A stretch of 64,000 nucleotides of DNA from a virus (lineage: Duplodnaviria > Caudoviricetes), in the IMG/VR virus record IMGVR_UViG_3300005670_000014, positions 24,786-88,785 of that record; one strand, given 5' to 3'. Each line of letters opens with the position of its first letter. Positions within the stretch are counted from its first letter, which is position 1. The position numbers and the translations under genes were made by a program. This document shows, piece by piece, positions 61,886-64,000 of this stretch. The notes beneath the pieces are model-generated. The model was given only the letters and a program-made list of their open reading frames with translations. It did no database searches and was not told the DNA's origin.

Positions 61886-62767
61886 ATGTTCTCGATCCCA
61901 GTGAAGGTGTTGACGATCAGTGGCGGAGGCGGCGATCTGCCACTGATGACATGGGATGTGGACAATGCGTGGTACGCTGCAAAGTACACGGCATGGGCGG
62001 ATTATTTTTGGATATTTTCCAATCTCAACACCACTCTTGAAACCGTATCGGGCCACTACGTAAAGGCCAAAGGGGAGTATTCCATTGTTCCTGATCGGTG
62101 GTACTTGGAGATGAAATTGAATGTCATTGCCGGTCAATATGGAGCGGTCGGCGTGATTCCCAATTCGACCAGTCTTACAGATGCCTCGATTTATACGAGT
62201 TGTTGGCATCTGCATCAAATGTTTAACGGCAGTCTTGACATTAATGGTTATACATGGGATTCAAGTTATGACAATCCGGTGGTTTACGCCTCCAATGGAA
62301 GCACTTATCGGATATTGTCGTTGGATGGGATCAACCCGATAACGACTTTAGCCACTAACGATATTGTGCAATTGGCGGGAGACCGTTCGGATGGAACTTT
62401 TTGGATTGGTTTGAACGGAAACTGGTTGTATTGGGCGACGGGGGTGTATAATGAAGGATTGGAGATTTATGAATTAGAATGGTCTTTGTTGGGCGATCCA
62501 GAAAACAACACGGCTCCGGTGTACGCGGACTTGCCCTCTTCGATCAATCCTTTCTTCATCTCTTCCGATGACGGTTCAGGCGGGGCGATTGCTGAAAAAG
62601 TGACCTTGTTAACCCACACCGATGATCTGGTGTACACGCCTCCCACTGGATTTTCAGTGGTCAGTGGTGATGCCGAAACCACCTATTTAAATGTTTTGAG
62701 GGATCGCAATTTGATGCCGATTTCACAGCCGACGGATCATGTAATGATGGGAGCGTTAGGGCTATGA
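61886..62767 (+). CDS. SPRY/concanavalin-like domain tail protein, candidate receptor-binding component
   Basis: RWYLEM...AVGV...DIVQLAGDRSDGTFWIGLNGNW...YTPPTGF. Confidence 0.7.
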   Translation: MFSIPVKVLTISGGGGDLPLMTWDVDNAWYAAKYTAWADYFWIFSNLNTTLETVSGHYVKAKGEYSIVPDRWYLEMKLNVIAGQYGAVGVIPNSTSLTDASIYTSCWHLHQMFNGSLDINGYTWDSSYDNPVVYASNGSTYRILSLDGINPITTLATNDIVQLAGDRSDGTFWIGLNGNWLYWATGVYNEGLEIYELEWSLLGDPENNTAPVYADLPSSINPFFISSDDGSGGAIAEKVTLLTHTDDLVYTPPTGFSVVSGDAETTYLNVLRDRNLMPISQPTDHVMMGALGL

Positions 62768-63669
62768 CCATTCGCCTCCGGGAGTCCGTATTAACTCCGA
62801 TCAGTGGTCGGGGTTCCTCGTTCTTTTCGGGGGCGGTGCATCTTCTTAATCCTTACGCAGTGGCTCCATTGCCGGATGAATTGCCTCTCGATCCAATTCA
62901 TCCGGTCATTATTTCTCCGCTGATTGTCGAAGCGACTTCCGTAGCTCTTCCACTGAATGAAGCCAGTGCCAGTTGTTATGTCTCTTTGGAAGCGACCACT
63001 GCTCTTGCTCTTACTTCTATTACGCCCACACTCATTTATGGAGCCGAGGCTTTACACGAAAGCTATTATTGGACCCCCCATTTCAAAATTCATCAAACCG
63101 CCTATCAATCGGAAAACAGCCTGGCTCAAGTTTTACATGAAGTCTCTTGGGAAAACTCCTCTTTTGCTCTTCACGAATCCCACTATCAATCTTTGGCATC
63201 CAGTGTGGATCAGATTCAACACACCGTTTCATGGGCCTCGGTGGGTAGTGCAACGGCAGCGAATCATCTCCATGAAGTCTCGTGGGCCTCGGTGGGGAGT
63301 GCATCGAGTGATTCTGCTTTTCACACTGTTGATTACGCATCGTTTCAATTAGTATCGGATTATAGATTACACGAAACCACTTGGCAGTCTTTGGGTGGAT
63401 CAACCTCCGCTGCTTATCTCCACGAAACGAGTTGGCAATCTTTGGGTGGAGCATCATCCGCCTCGTCATTCCATACCATTTCCTGGACATGGAGTCCGGC
63501 GATTCGTCGGCAACACGATGTTTTGTGGAAATCGATTGAAGCCCATGAACGATTCCATACGACGGCTTGGAACTCGGACACCTCCATTCATCGTTTACAC
63601 GAAGCGCGGTATCGCTCGAACACCACGACACCTACCTTCATGGACAGTCTGTTTTACGTGAGGGTGTAA
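62764..63669 (+). CDS. tail-region protein with His-anchored tandem repeats
   Basis: At least 11 copies of [LFQ]H[ETD]xx[WY]; 51-bp DNA repeats. Confidence 0.75.
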   Translation: MTIRLRESVLTPISGRGSSFFSGAVHLLNPYAVAPLPDELPLDPIHPVIISPLIVEATSVALPLNEASASCYVSLEATTALALTSITPTLIYGAEALHESYYWTPHFKIHQTAYQSENSLAQVLHEVSWENSSFALHESHYQSLASSVDQIQHTVSWASVGSATAANHLHEVSWASVGSASSDSAFHTVDYASFQLVSDYRLHETTWQSLGGSTSAAYLHETSWQSLGGASSASSFHTISWTWSPAIRRQHDVLWKSIEAHERFHTTAWNSDTSIHRLHEARYRSNTTTPTFMDSLFYVRV

Positions 63670-64000
63670 TGGCCGACCTTGAATTTCTTGCCTTATCGAT
63701 ATCTTGTGATGAAGACTCCTCGTATTACCAAGGGGAAGTCACTCTGAAAGATGCGCAAGAGTATCAGAAGTTTCCACGAGATACGCCGTTCATTCTGCAT
63801 CTCCTCGATGTGGATTATCACTTGATCGTGGATACCCGTAATCTCACTCGACAGATCGATGACGCAGGGAATTACTCGGAGACCTGCACGATTACTGGAC
63901 TTTCACCGTTGGTGCGTTATGCCTCGCCTCGTGCGACGAAGATGACGAAGACCTGGGACACGCCCACACTAGCCTCGGTCATCGTTGAAGAACTGATTGG
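63669..64000 (+). CDS. tail/baseplate hub-like protein, runs off the right edge
   Basis: Translated by hand from the TAATG-coupled ATG (MADLEFLALSISCDEDSS...), open to the window end. Confidence 0.65.
   Translation, partial: MADLEFLALSISCDEDSSYYQGEVTLKDAQEYQKFPRDTPFILHLLDVDYHLIVDTRNLTRQIDDAGNYSETCTITGLSPLVRYASPRATKMTKTWDTPTLASVIVEELI

Noticed and set aside
40725-63631. Minus-strand ORFs over structural genes (e.g. 40725..41435, 57079..57663, 63083..63631)
   Set aside because: Antisense shadows of well-supported plus-strand genes

Overview
This window is a 64-kb piece of a large, AT-rich tailed-phage genome, most likely a siphovirus (HK97-type head, tail tube, no sheath gene). No integrase, DNA polymerase, helicase, lysis genes, tRNA or CRISPR array is visible. 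It has three parts. (1) 1-15.4 kb is an almost entirely minus-strand early/accessory arm of about 35 mostly small ORFs with a shared GGAGAATT-type RBS and a family of sigma70-like promoters. It includes a Csx16-like (type III CRISPR ring nuclease family) gene, two SprT-like metalloproteases, a possible ART-fold protein, a 678-aa orphan, and inverted Rha and HNH genes. Five copies of an overlapping double-hairpin element, two of which show base-pair covariation, sit in front of genes. (2) About 15.6-18.5 kb is a gene-poor, GATC-depleted, CTAG-rich divergence zone packed with palindromes (GTTTCATATGAAAC, GTTACGTAAC), hairpins and a 9+9-bp pseudoknot. It could be a genome end, first-injected DNA or an origin. 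(3) 18.5-64 kb is the plus-strand arm: HNH, QueD, QueE, HTH, primase, DEDD exonuclease, SbcC/Rad50 ATPase, dUTPase, DUF5664 dNTP diphosphohydrolase, intein-containing class II RNR plus NrdJb, TerS, intein-containing TerL, portal, protease, capsid, connectors, tail tube, frameshifted chaperones, a 4662-aa tape measure protein, and tail-tip genes with CAP, SPRY-like and His-repeat domains. All family assignments come from motif recognition by eye, not from database searches.
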